A stretch of 64,000 nucleotides of DNA from Candidatus Bathyarchaeia archaeon (GTDB lineage Archaea; Thermoproteota; Bathyarchaeia; Bathyarchaeales; Bathycorpusculaceae). The stretch lies in the NCBI GenBank assembly GCA_049512935.1, contig JBEKWR010000010.1, forward strand, positions 1 to 64,000, given 5' to 3'. The notes under the pieces were generated by a model, which had not been told where the DNA came from, ran no database searches, and saw nothing but the letters and a program-made list of their open reading frames with translations. Below are positions 19,054 through 28,584 of this stretch, one piece after another (position 1 is the first letter of the stretch; every line of letters begins with the position of its first letter). The translations under genes and the position numbers were made by a program.

Positions 19054-19683
19054 CTACAAGTGTTTCCTAGACTTCTTCATCACGGCAGCCTTCTTCAGAT
19101 CCAGCGGCGTCTTCACACGAAAGAAACTTCGAAAATCAGGGTCCAACTGCTCAATAACCAGTGTTGAAACATAACGCACGCCGCGCAGACAGCCAACAAT
19201 TGCATCTGCATTGAATTCCCCAGACGCCAACGCTTTCTTCGCCGCTTCCAACGCTTGCCCCGTATGATAAACCGCATGCAAAGACTCAATCTTGCAGTCA
19301 GGCCATCGGGGAACAACCGCTGACTTGCCCTCAGCCAACTCAAAAAGCAGCGACACAACCTCTTTGGAAACAAACGGCGCGTCAGAGGGCAAAACCAGCG
19401 AGTAATCACCCTGCGCAGCTTCAAAACCCGCTAAAGCGGCAGCCAAAGACCCCTGCGGCTCTTCAGCGTTGACGGCGAATTGAACGTTAGCCGACGAAAC
19501 CGTCTTGGCGTACACGTCTGCCTGCTCCTTTGAACCCGCAACCACAAGCACTTCGCCGACTACGCCCTTAACCGCGTCAACCACGTGGTTCAACAACGGT
19601 TTATTGTCTAGTTTCAAAAGCGCCTTGTCTTCACTGAACATGCATAGAAAATCGTCAGGTATGATGATTACGGATTTATCCAA
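19054..19683 (-). CDS. MobA-like nucleotidyltransferase with degenerate N-terminal motif
   Basis: DKALL, LPSDAPFV, ESLHAVY, SFFRVKTPLDL; LAGG loop absent; start uncertain. Confidence 0.7.
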   Translation of the reverse strand: MDKSVIIIPDDFLCMFSEDKALLKLDNKPLLNHVVDAVKGVVGEVLVVAGSKEQADVYAKTVSSANVQFAVNAEEPQGSLAAALAGFEAAQGDYSLVLPSDAPFVSKEVVSLLFELAEGKSAVVPRWPDCKIESLHAVYHTGQALEAAKKALASGEFNADAIVGCLRGVRYVSTLVIEQLDPDFRSFFRVKTPLDLKKAAVMKKSRKHL

Positions 19684-19791
19684 ACAGGAGGCATCTCCAC
19701 CCATTAGTTGCAAAACAAGTTAAAAAAACATGCGGAAAACATCGTTAACCCAATGAAACTCGGTGAAACCTTCGGCCTGTCTGAAAGAAAA

Positions 19792-20052
19792 TTAAGCCAT
19801 GGTTTTTCTATCACTTTTTAAAAAGCCAGGTTTGAAACTGGCGTCGTCGTCGAAGTCTAAGCGTAGGAGTCTGTGCTGGCATTTGCTTTCTTTGCAGCCG
19901 TAGAGGTACAGGTTTGGGTTGCCGAAGTTAGTTGTTAAGGCTTGGGTTCTTGCATTGCAGTTTTCGCATTGTGGCGCTCGAACTTGATTGTTTAGAACGT
20001 ACCCTTTGATGAGTCGTACGCTCCACGTTTTCTCCTTAAAAATGTGCTGCAT
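19792..20052 (-). CDS. Small zinc-ribbon hypothetical protein
   Basis: CENC and CKESKC pairs. Confidence 0.45.
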   Translation of the reverse strand: MQHIFKEKTWSVRLIKGYVLNNQVRAPQCENCNARTQALTTNFGNPNLYLYGCKESKCQHRLLRLDFDDDASFKPGFLKSDRKTMA

Positions 20053-20432
20053 AAAAAAACGCTCCGAAAAAAACATTGAGAAGGATCAGCAAAAATGGAA
20101 ATTCGCCATACACTCATCAGTGTTGAAGTTTAAATCGTTTTGTGATTGTGACGCAACAACAACTTTTCTGAAACAGCAACAAACTATAAAAATTGCATAC
20201 GGTAATTTTCCATCGGGTTTTTATCAACTACTCGACAGAACCTCAACCGCAGAACCGCCGAGCCCAAACCAAACCCCGGAAGCCCAAAAACCCAAAAACC
20301 GTAACCAGCAAATCCTGCCGCAGGGCACGCGAGGTTCGGTTTCAAGCTAAGGATTCTCGATAAGTAGGGCAATTTCATAAGTTAGTTAAACACGCCTCGC
20401 CACTCTAAGATATGAAATCTGGAGGAAAAAAC

Positions 20433-20612
20433 ATGAAACAATTCGGAGAAAAAACCCGAAAAGCACTCGAAGCCAAACTCGCGTGCGCATTCGAAGAAAA
20501 TATCACCCAATTGTCGACAGAATTGCGTGAAATATTGCTAGATGACATGGTTACAGCATTCGAAAATAGATTAAACGTGTTAAACCGCGCATCCGTAAAT
20601 GCCAAGAATTAA
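20433..20612 (+). CDS. Small helical hypothetical protein
   Basis: SD GGAGG before ATG 20433; amphipathic LSTELREILLDDMVTAFENRL. Confidence 0.6.
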   Translation: MKQFGEKTRKALEAKLACAFEENITQLSTELREILLDDMVTAFENRLNVLNRASVNAKN

Positions 20613-20699
20613 GACTAAACAATGAACCAAAATATTGATTACCAATACACAAATGATTTATATATAAAACAATGATGTGACTAAAAAGAGGAGTATAAA

Positions 20700-20993
20700 G
20701 TGCGTCGTTCAAAACTCGAAATGTATGTAGACATCCTTTCGGTTCTGGCTCACAGAGGACCACTAAAACTAACACACGTCATGTACAAAGCAAACGTCAA
20801 CTGCAGCGTACTCAAAGAGTACCTTGAATTCCTCATAAAACAAGGCCTCGTCGAAGAACGCACAATAGGCAAACGCCGCGTAGTCTACGCCGTCACACAA
20901 CGAGGCATAACAGTACTAAAATACTTCAAAGAACTAAAACAAGTCCTCCCCATAGTAGAAGAATCACGAAACCAAACACCAATCCCCTACTAA
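20700..20993 (+). CDS. Archaeal winged-HTH regulator (HTH_45-like)
   Basis: RRSKLEMYVDIL...THVMYKANVN...YLEFL...GLV...YAVTQRG; SD GAGGAG. Confidence 0.85.
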   Translation: MRRSKLEMYVDILSVLAHRGPLKLTHVMYKANVNCSVLKEYLEFLIKQGLVEERTIGKRRVVYAVTQRGITVLKYFKELKQVLPIVEESRNQTPIPY

Positions 20994-21212
20994 ACCCCAC
21001 ACCAACCCACACAACCTAATTTTAACAACAACCAAAACACCAACCAACACCCAACAACTCTCAAATTTTCAACAACCAACAGAACAGACTCCCTTCCACA
21101 ATTTTCGGTTTACCTGTTTGAAATACATACTTCTGTTTCGTAATACTTAATAAACACTTAAGGGAACTGTAGATGTGCAAAACAGTTTGGGGGTCTCGTT
21201 ATTAAGGATGAG

Positions 21213-21581
21213 TTGTTGACGAAAAAGCCGATTGTTATCCTTGAAAAGATTGAGGAGAGTCTTGAGAGGCTTAATGAGAAGATGGAAGTGATTATTGAGA
21301 TTCAGAAAAACAGTGGCGATGCTCAGAGGTCCGCGGCTGCATTGCCTGATGCTTCTTTAGATGTTATGACTCTTCTTTCCATGCCTGATCATTTGCGCAA
21401 GACGGCGATGGCGATTTGCAGGTGCGGCAGGGCGACAGCTGAGGAGATTTCTCAGCAGACTAATCGCGCGAGAGCGGTGGAGAGCGCGTACCTTAATCAG
21501 CTTGTAATCATGGGTTACCTCAAGAAGGAGCGGGATGGAAGGAAAGCCTGCTTTTTCGTGGACAGCGAAGCGCGGAGTTGA
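21213..21581 (+). CDS. Coiled-coil + wHTH DNA-binding protein
   Basis: N-terminal heptads; LSMPDHLRKTA...ATAEEISQQTNRARAVESAYLNQLVIMGYL. Confidence 0.75.
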   Translation: MLTKKPIVILEKIEESLERLNEKMEVIIEIQKNSGDAQRSAAALPDASLDVMTLLSMPDHLRKTAMAICRCGRATAEEISQQTNRARAVESAYLNQLVIMGYLKKERDGRKACFFVDSEARS

Positions 21582-21590
21582 GTGTTCGAT

Positions 21591-22370
21591 ATGAGCAAAA
21601 TAATCGCTGTACACTCCTACAAGGGCGGCACGGGAAAGACGCTTCTGTCCGTGAATTTGGCTGCTACGTTAGCGAAGGCTGGCAGGAAAGTCTGCGTTTT
21701 CGACCTTGACTTTCGAGCTCCAAGCTTATTCGCCATCTTGAAGACTGAAAACTCGGAGTTCTGGTTTAACGATTACTTAAACGACGCCGCCGACATTGGG
21801 AAGGTACTTGTGGATTTAAGCGGCAGAATTGGGGGGAACGGCAAGTTCTATGCTTCCTTGGCCAACCCAGCGACTGAGGCGATCAGGGACATGTCTTCGA
21901 AGGATAGAAAGTGGGAAATGCGCGCATTGGCAAGGCTGCTTGCTCTGAGGGAGACGCTGCTTGCCAGCCAAAAGTTTGATTACCTCTTCTTCGACACCAG
22001 CCCGGGACTGCAGTACTCGTCCATAAACGCCATCGTAGCCGCCGACTTCGTGATTGTTGCGACAACGGCCGATCGCTCCGATGTGGATGGAACAAAACGC
22101 ATGCTTCAGGAACTGTACAACCTGTTCGAGAAGAAAACGGGTCTCGTGCTGAACAAGGTGCTTGACGCGTCTGCCACGGCTAAGAAGGCTGAAATGAGCG
22201 CCAAAGTAAAAGCTTCTTACCAAGTGCCTATGCTAGGGCTTGTGCCCTGCTTCTGTGAGGTTCTAAGAGCCGAAGGCAATTTCATCTTCGCCCAGGACAA
22301 GCCAGACCACCCGTTCACCAAGATACTTGCAGAGATGGCAAGAAAAATAGAAAACAACGAGTTAGAGTAA
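21591..22370 (+). CDS. MinD/ParA family ATPase
   Basis: Deviant Walker A HSYKGGTGKT, FDLD, FFDTSPG, LVLNK. Confidence 0.9.
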   Translation: MSKIIAVHSYKGGTGKTLLSVNLAATLAKAGRKVCVFDLDFRAPSLFAILKTENSEFWFNDYLNDAADIGKVLVDLSGRIGGNGKFYASLANPATEAIRDMSSKDRKWEMRALARLLALRETLLASQKFDYLFFDTSPGLQYSSINAIVAADFVIVATTADRSDVDGTKRMLQELYNLFEKKTGLVLNKVLDASATAKKAEMSAKVKASYQVPMLGLVPCFCEVLRAEGNFIFAQDKPDHPFTKILAEMARKIENNELE

Positions 22371-22493
22371 CCGAAGAATTAAAACCCTTTTTTCCACCGT
22401 GTTCTTCCCATGTTTTTTGCCGCCGTTTGAACCATAGGGCATCCATCGGTTTCACTATTTTCTTTGTGTATCCCAGCAAAAAATCTTTTGATG

Positions 22494-22775
22494 TCAGCGT
22501 TTCTTTTGGTTTTTGTTTAGGCGGGGATTTGCTATTTCGTTTTGTCTTGATCCGTAGATCAGCAAAGATCCCTGCGATTCCTTCAACCCCAAGCCGTGCT
22601 TGTTCACAAGCGTTTTCACGTTCTGGAGTTTCATTCCGTCAAGACTCATGTTTATTTTGAGGTCAACGTCTTTCTTGGAAAGCGTGCTCGGCGACAACGA
22701 TATGCAGCTCACGAACGCGTCTGGCATACACTTACAAATCTCTTCGAAAAGTCGAATTGCCTCGCGTCTGCGCAT
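22494..22775 (-). CDS. Hypothetical protein
   Basis: Protein-like ORF MRRREAIRLFEEIC filling the gap; no family recognised. Confidence 0.45.
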   Translation of the reverse strand: MRRREAIRLFEEICKCMPDAFVSCISLSPSTLSKKDVDLKINMSLDGMKLQNVKTLVNKHGLGLKESQGSLLIYGSRQNEIANPRLNKNQKKR

Positions 22776-23243
22776 CACGCTACCTTGCAAATCACATAGT
22801 AATCCCGCGTGAACATAAGGCAATTGCGGTCAATCTTAAGTGAAAAAGGGCCTGCAAAGCTGTTTAAGCCAACATCTTTTTTGACAGATCGGCATGGCGA
22901 GTCAACTTGAAAAAACGATTAACGTTTTTCCCTGACAAAATTAATGCGTACTTGAAAAGTTTTGCAGGTTTCACAGGGCTTATTTTACACAAAAGTGTCT
23001 TACCGCGCAAACCTACTATCGAAGAATCCAGTTGCCCGAAAAAGTTGTGCCAAATAACGCGAAAGCAAGCTTAAACAGCAGCGTACTGGAAGCTATCTTG
23101 CCAAAGAAGGAGCCTGAAAAAACCAAAAAACTGAAAATTGCGTAAGCCAGAGAGTTTTTTTCCCATTTTTCCCTGAATTTTTTGATTTCGAAGTTATGTT
23201 TGGAAATTGCGGCTTTTTCGTTTCGATGCGTGCTGCTTCTGTT

Positions 23244-23549
23244 TCAGGCTTCATTGATTTGCTGCTTGACGGCCATCACTTTGTCGTTCATGGTGCGCGG
23301 TTTGTCTCTGCGGTCGTCTATTCTAAGCGTGGAGGCAACCCTTGCGGCGCCCATGGCGACGACGGCTTCGTGTGCCCTTCGGACGGCTTCAAAGATGGTG
23401 TCTAGGCTGTCTGCGGCGAGAACCGTTCCCATGGGTGTCACTTCAAACTCTAAGCCTTTCACGCTTCCAAACGTTTTAACTGCGGCCGCAACGTAGTGGC
23501 TAACGCTGGTTTCGCCGGTGCCGACGGGCACGATGCTGAACTCAGCCAT
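23244..23549 (-). CDS. MTH1187/UPF0045 thiamine-binding family protein
   Basis: AEFSIVPVG...SVSHYVA...TPMGT...RIDDRRDK. Confidence 0.9.
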   Translation of the reverse strand: MAEFSIVPVGTGETSVSHYVAAAVKTFGSVKGLEFEVTPMGTVLAADSLDTIFEAVRRAHEAVVAMGAARVASTLRIDDRRDKPRTMNDKVMAVKQQINEA

Positions 23550-23687
23550 GAAAACGTGGTTCTTAACCAAACCCTAAACGCTCCTGACTCAACTATTTTC
23601 AGTTTGGAATATTAAGCTTCTCAGTGACTCTGCTCGGCGGTGCAAACCTTGGGTTAAACTTCGAAGGGAACCTTTTTTGGCTTGGTG

Positions 23688-24362
23688 TTATGCTTGTTTG
23701 CGTTTTCTGGTTATAGCCCAAATTGCCATGAGCGAAACGATGCTTAGCAGCAGCAAAACCAGCAGGGTGTACGTCGCGCCTATCTTGCCGATTAGAACTT
23801 CAGCGGTGCCTGCTAGCCCGAACGCGATGAAAATGGATGCTGAAACCCATTTGACGACTTTTTCTGGGATGTGCTTGCCTAAAACTACTCCTACGCCGAT
23901 GCCGACGCCGTCAGCAACCAGCATGCCGAGCGTGGCGCCGATTAGCACGGCGAGGGCGCTTCTGTATTGAGCTGCTAGGCTGACGGTTGCAAGCTGGGTC
24001 TTGTCTCCGAACTCCGCGATAAAAAATGCTGCGCCTACGGTTCCGACGACGCCGAAACGTGAATTTTTCTGTTTTTCAGCCTTGGGTTTTTCTGGTCTCA
24101 GAGTCCATAAGCCGAATCCGATGAACGATAGGGAAGCCGCCAGCGAGATTGCGTCTATGGGTACGACGGCGGTGAGAAGTTGTCCGATGGCTACGGTGAT
24201 TGCGAAGTTGGCGATGGTTGCGAGGAAAACTGCGAAGAGCACTTTGCCTGGGTTGTATTTTGCGGCGAAGGTCATGGCTATGAACTGTGTTTTGTCGCCC
24301 ATTTCAGCCAGGACGATGAGGGCGAAGGAGGCGGTGAAGGCGGCTACGCTGAACTCGAACAA
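23688..24362 (-). CDS. TMEM165/GDT1 (UPF0016) Mn/Ca transporter
   Basis: Two motifs: AEMGDKTQ and AEFGDKTQ. Confidence 0.92.
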   Translation of the reverse strand: MFEFSVAAFTASFALIVLAEMGDKTQFIAMTFAAKYNPGKVLFAVFLATIANFAITVAIGQLLTAVVPIDAISLAASLSFIGFGLWTLRPEKPKAEKQKNSRFGVVGTVGAAFFIAEFGDKTQLATVSLAAQYRSALAVLIGATLGMLVADGVGIGVGVVLGKHIPEKVVKWVSASIFIAFGLAGTAEVLIGKIGATYTLLVLLLLSIVSLMAIWAITRKRKQA

Positions 24363-24422
24363 GGCATTTCATAGAAGAGTCATCTGCGCTTGTTTATTTA
24401 GTTTCCATTGGGCGTTCGCCTG

Positions 24423-25427
24423 TTACAATGGGGGTTTAGCGATGCTTCCGCTGTTGAGTGTCTTCGTCCACTGCTGGAACTCGTTTGAAGGGGGAAAGTC
24501 GCGGTAAAGTTGCTTGCGCTTGTTCTCTAAAAACGTGTTTTCGCTGCCAGTGTACTCTGCTGCAGTGACGACGCTGTGCCCCGCCGCTGTAGCCTGCTGG
24601 AAAACGCCGTTCAGCTTTTGCTTCCACTCTTCATCCCTCAAAGCATGATGCTCAACGATGACAATTGGCGTCGCCTGGACGATGCGCTCAAGATTTTGCA
24701 GGCCCTGCTCCAACTGCGTTGTGGCAACTCTGGAGCCTTCCAGATAAAGCGGCGGTCCACCCAGCATGATTACGGCGGGCTCTGCCTTCAAAATCAGCTC
24801 TAGCGTCTGCTGCGTCATAGGTCCCTGTACGTCAGGCGCAAACATGAACCGTTCATCCGCGTACTCCACCACTGCCATGATAACCCAGCCTAGCCCTGAA
24901 TCCTGTGAGCCGTGAGCGACAGGTGCTGAGAAATGCAGCTTTGTCTTGCCGAAGGTGAAGGTTTTTCCGTCGGCTGCCTCAAGCGCCTTGGCGTGTTTGC
25001 CGCCTGTCTTCTGAAACATCCATGCCCGCTGCCTCTGGCTCGCGTTGATCTGCTCTTTCGGGTTCTTGGCAAGCACGGTTTTGCCCTGGTAGATTTGCTG
25101 TGCGGTTACGGTTTGCTCTGTCCAGTTGACCAGCCAGTCCTCAAAGCTTGGTGTGTGATGGTCGAAATGGTAGTGGCTTATCGTCACGACCTCGGCTTTG
25201 TCTGCTGCCTCAGCGATTTTCCGCCTCATCAGGGCAATGGTTTGGAACTCGATGGGGTGCGGCGGCAAACCGTAGCGGTACGGGCACAATGAAACCCCAG
25301 CGTCTAAGAGCACAACCGCATCAGGTGTCTCGACCAGCGTGCACATTGAGCGGACTCCGAAGCTTTCCGCCGCCAACGGAGTAACCCTGATGCTGCTTAG
25401 AGGGCTGCTTGCTATCTTTTGAGTCAT
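24423..25427 (-). CDS. Archaeal MBL-fold hydrolase (UPF0282-like)
   Basis: AAESFGVRSM, SHYHFDHH, DVQGP, EHHALRD. Confidence 0.85.
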   Translation of the reverse strand: MTQKIASSPLSSIRVTPLAAESFGVRSMCTLVETPDAVVLLDAGVSLCPYRYGLPPHPIEFQTIALMRRKIAEAADKAEVVTISHYHFDHHTPSFEDWLVNWTEQTVTAQQIYQGKTVLAKNPKEQINASQRQRAWMFQKTGGKHAKALEAADGKTFTFGKTKLHFSAPVAHGSQDSGLGWVIMAVVEYADERFMFAPDVQGPMTQQTLELILKAEPAVIMLGGPPLYLEGSRVATTQLEQGLQNLERIVQATPIVIVEHHALRDEEWKQKLNGVFQQATAAGHSVVTAAEYTGSENTFLENKRKQLYRDFPPSNEFQQWTKTLNSGSIAKPPL

Positions 25428-25624
25428 GCTGTGTCACGCCGAAATCGCTAGTTGCTTACGCCGCGGAAGGGTAAATGGCTTTTGCACGCCTAGTATTTGT
25501 GATGGGTTTTGGTTGTAAATACTAAACCCCTCTCCGTCTCCCTCTCAAAGAGCCCGTTCTGCCGGCTGCTCAGTCGAAAATAGCGAGGACGCATGGTAGG
25601 GTTTTTCTTTTTTCGTCCCGTCTA

Positions 25625-25679
25625 CCCTATAGGTTTTCTAGATGATCCAAATAGGCGCCTATAGAGGAGCCAAATAGAC
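25625..25679 (-). repeat. 55-bp palindromic element, copy B (inverted relative to copy A)
   Basis: Reverse complement gtctatttggctcctctataggcgcctatttggatcatctagaaaacctataggg; 4 mismatches to 16668-16722. Confidence 0.9.
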
Positions 25680-26033
25680 AAAAAACGCTGCGCCACAACA
25701 GCTAACACGGAAAAAAAACGACAGAAATATCCCACGAAACTTAACGGAGAAATCAATCCCCTAAGAACTAAACAGGACCCTTTTTTTTGTTTTGGCTTGA
25801 ATGCTTTTAGATGAATGGGCGCTGAAAGAGAGGGGTGACCAGTGTTTTTTGAGTGGTTTTTTTGGAATATTCCAAAAGTTCAAGAAATAATGCATTAGGA
25901 AAGGCGGCTCTTCTTTTGGTTTTGTTTTGGGTTGTTTTTTGATTTAGGGCTAGAAACGTGCTTTAGCAAGCAAGGGTTCCTGTGGCAATTGCATCGGAAA
26001 GCCCCCGAAAAGGCGCATCACCCGAATCGGTTG

Positions 26034-27308
26034 CTAACGGCTGATTTTTTCAGAAAGTTCCTTAACGGGAACGATTGCTTGTTCTCTCTTCGTCAAGTTC
26101 CTAACCATTACAGCGCCTTCTTTGAGTTCCCGTTCCCCAACGATAACGGCATAATCTACTTTGCGTTTGTCCGCGTCCTCTAAAGCCTTTCCCATCTTGC
26201 GACCCATAACCTCAAACTCAACAGCAATTCCAGCTTGCCTGAATTGCCGGGCGATTTTTAGGGCTTCGACTTTGATGGCGTCATTGACGGCGAGCACAAG
26301 AACCCGCTTTCCACGTTCCTTTCCAACAGAAGTTTTCTGCGTTTGAAGCGCCAGTGCGATGCGGTCTATCCCGTGTGCGCAGCCAACGGCTGGGGTCGGT
26401 TCGCCGCCGAACAGTTCGATTAGCCTGTCGTATCTGCCTCCGCCGCCGAGCGCAATGTCGAGCTCGGGAACGTACACTTCAAAAATCATCCCTGTGTAGT
26501 ACTCCAGCCCCCGCGCAAACGCAGGCTCCACCTCCCTAACGGGGCAACCGCTTTCAACAACGAGTTTGAGGATGTCGCCGAGGTTTTCCGCCGCAGCCTT
26601 CGCCTTCTCGCAGCCTGCGACGTAGCTCTTGACTTTTTCAACCGTTTCGAAACAGTCGCCGCCCTTCAGCTGCAGCAGTCCTTCAAGCATGCTGCGGCAC
26701 TGATCTGTTGGCGCTAGCTTGAGCGCTTCTTCATACTCTTTCTTGTCCATGCGCTGCAGGATGGCGTTCTGGGTTTTTTCGTCAACGCCTTCTTGGCTGA
26801 GAATCCCCCGAACAACACCGATGTTCCCGATTTTGAAGGCGTAACCGCTCAACCCCAAGGACTTCATGAAGCTGTCCGTTAGCAGGACGATTTCTGCATC
26901 GGCTTCGGGTCGGCTGGAACCCATCAGCTCGAAGTTTGACTGGTAGAACTCGCGGTACCGCCCTTTCTGCGGCTCGTCGTAGCGGTAGACGCTGCCCGCG
27001 GAGAAAAGCCTTAGCGGTTTAGGCTCGTTCTTCAACGCTGTCGTGGCTAGCCGAGCGATTGAAGCGGTGAATTCTGGGCGTAGCGCCACTTGACGCTCAC
27101 CCAAGTCCTTGAAGATGAACATGCGCTGGCGAATTTCCTCACCCGACTTCGCACTCAACAACTCGAAAGACTCCACAACAGGCGTGATGACCTCTCTGTA
27201 ACCGTAAAGAAGGGCTGTTTCCCTAGCTTTGCCGATTATGCCTGTGAAGGCTTGGGCTTCTTCGCCGAGTAAATCGCGCATTCCGCGAACAGTTTGGAAA
27301 TTAGGCAT
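26034..27308 (-). CDS. hisS: Histidine--tRNA ligase
   Basis: VRGMRD, LRPEFTA, YRYDEPQKGRYREF, RGLEYYTG, GGGRYD. Confidence 0.97.
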   Translation of the reverse strand: MPNFQTVRGMRDLLGEEAQAFTGIIGKARETALLYGYREVITPVVESFELLSAKSGEEIRQRMFIFKDLGERQVALRPEFTASIARLATTALKNEPKPLRLFSAGSVYRYDEPQKGRYREFYQSNFELMGSSRPEADAEIVLLTDSFMKSLGLSGYAFKIGNIGVVRGILSQEGVDEKTQNAILQRMDKKEYEEALKLAPTDQCRSMLEGLLQLKGGDCFETVEKVKSYVAGCEKAKAAAENLGDILKLVVESGCPVREVEPAFARGLEYYTGMIFEVYVPELDIALGGGGRYDRLIELFGGEPTPAVGCAHGIDRIALALQTQKTSVGKERGKRVLVLAVNDAIKVEALKIARQFRQAGIAVEFEVMGRKMGKALEDADKRKVDYAVIVGERELKEGAVMVRNLTKREQAIVPVKELSEKISR

Positions 27309-27469
27309 GACCGTTTTTTCTCCGTTGCTTTAAAAGGTACAATTATTCTTTTAAACTCTCGCTTAGGGCTTAAATGCTCAAGTTCAACGGACTTAATTAA
27401 TTTTGAAGGATGACTTTGCAAGAAGACTTTACTGATAGTTTTTCCATTTCTCTACTGTCTGGTGATAGA

Positions 27470-27733
27470 GTGAAATTCGGCGTAGTGATTGAAAAAGATG
27501 AGGATGGCTACTATGTTGCTTCTGTTCCAGAATTACCTGGCTGTCACACTCAGGCAAAAACTCTTGATGAAGTGAAGGAAAGAATCGAGGAAGCCATTCA
27601 AGTTTATCTGGATGCTGACGAGACAAAGGATCACGAGCTAAAACCCGAGTTTATTAAAGAAATAGAAGAAACTTGTAAGCATGGCAAATTTATAAAGGTG
27701 AAAAACTTTGCTGAAGAGTACGGTTTAAAGTGA
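27470..27733 (+). CDS. HicB family antitoxin, orphan
   Basis: GGTGA SD then GTG; VVIEKDEDGYYVASVPELPGCHTQAKTLDE. Confidence 0.85.
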   Translation: MKFGVVIEKDEDGYYVASVPELPGCHTQAKTLDEVKERIEEAIQVYLDADETKDHELKPEFIKEIEETCKHGKFIKVKNFAEEYGLK

Positions 27734-27746
27734 TTTTGTTTGCAGC

Positions 27747-28571
27747 TCAGCGGCTCTCTTTAATTCTTTCCATGGGTTTGTGTGCTTCTGCTTCTATGCG
27801 CATCATGCCAACGTGAACTATGCCCTCGGCATCAGCAGGGTGTGTTTCGAGGTAGCGGTCAATAATTTCTTGGACGAATTTTGCCCTGAGCTCAACGGGA
27901 AGCCTGTCGGTGAAGGGCAGCCATGTTGTCCGTACCCACCCAGCTAAGCCTTCTGCGCCGTTGTGCTTCATGTCTTTGGGAAAGAGTTCAACCCGCTCAG
28001 CCACCAAACCCGCTTCCTGCAGAAAACCTCTGTACTCTTCCTCGTCGTAAAAGCCGTAGGGAAACGGCATTTTGTGGAAGTAGCCTTTCCAAGGTTCAAC
28101 ATGCGCCAGCTCTTTTATTATGTTTAACACGTCTTTGGCGTTGCCTTTACCAGCCATCTGAAACAGCAGCCTGCCGCCTGGCTTAAGGGCTCTTTTTACG
28201 CCTTCGAGCACGGCTTTTTGGTCAACAATCCAGTGCAGCGCCGCGTTAGAGAACGCCACGTCAAACTCCGATTGGAACGTCAGCTTCCTCGCATCCATCA
28301 CTTGAAAACACAAGTTCGGGTAACCTTCCTGTGTGAAACTGCTTTGTGCCAGATTTATCATTTTTTCTGAGCTGTCAACTCCGACCGCCCTTCCGCTGGG
28401 TAGGCACCGTGCGAGTTCCGTCGTGATTTTGCCGTCGCCGCAGCCGATGTCAAGCAAAGCCTCGTTTCCCCGCAGTTTTAGCTTCGGGATAAGTTCCTTT
28501 GCCCATTGGAACTGGTTTGCGGAGTTTTTGGCGTAGTCTTGAGCGTTCCAGTTATATGGTGAGGTTGCCAT
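27747..28571 (-). CDS. Class I SAM methyltransferase (Tam-like)
   Basis: LLDIGCGDG, FSNAALHWI, LKPGGR. Confidence 0.9.
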   Translation of the reverse strand: MATSPYNWNAQDYAKNSANQFQWAKELIPKLKLRGNEALLDIGCGDGKITTELARCLPSGRAVGVDSSEKMINLAQSSFTQEGYPNLCFQVMDARKLTFQSEFDVAFSNAALHWIVDQKAVLEGVKRALKPGGRLLFQMAGKGNAKDVLNIIKELAHVEPWKGYFHKMPFPYGFYDEEEYRGFLQEAGLVAERVELFPKDMKHNGAEGLAGWVRTTWLPFTDRLPVELRAKFVQEIIDRYLETHPADAEGIVHVGMMRIEAEAHKPMERIKESR

Positions 28572-28584
28572 GTTTTTCGCCTGC

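Noticed and set aside
21090-21212. ORB-containing oriC
   Set aside because: No convincing ORB repeats and no cdc6/orc1 nearby; kept only as a skew observation
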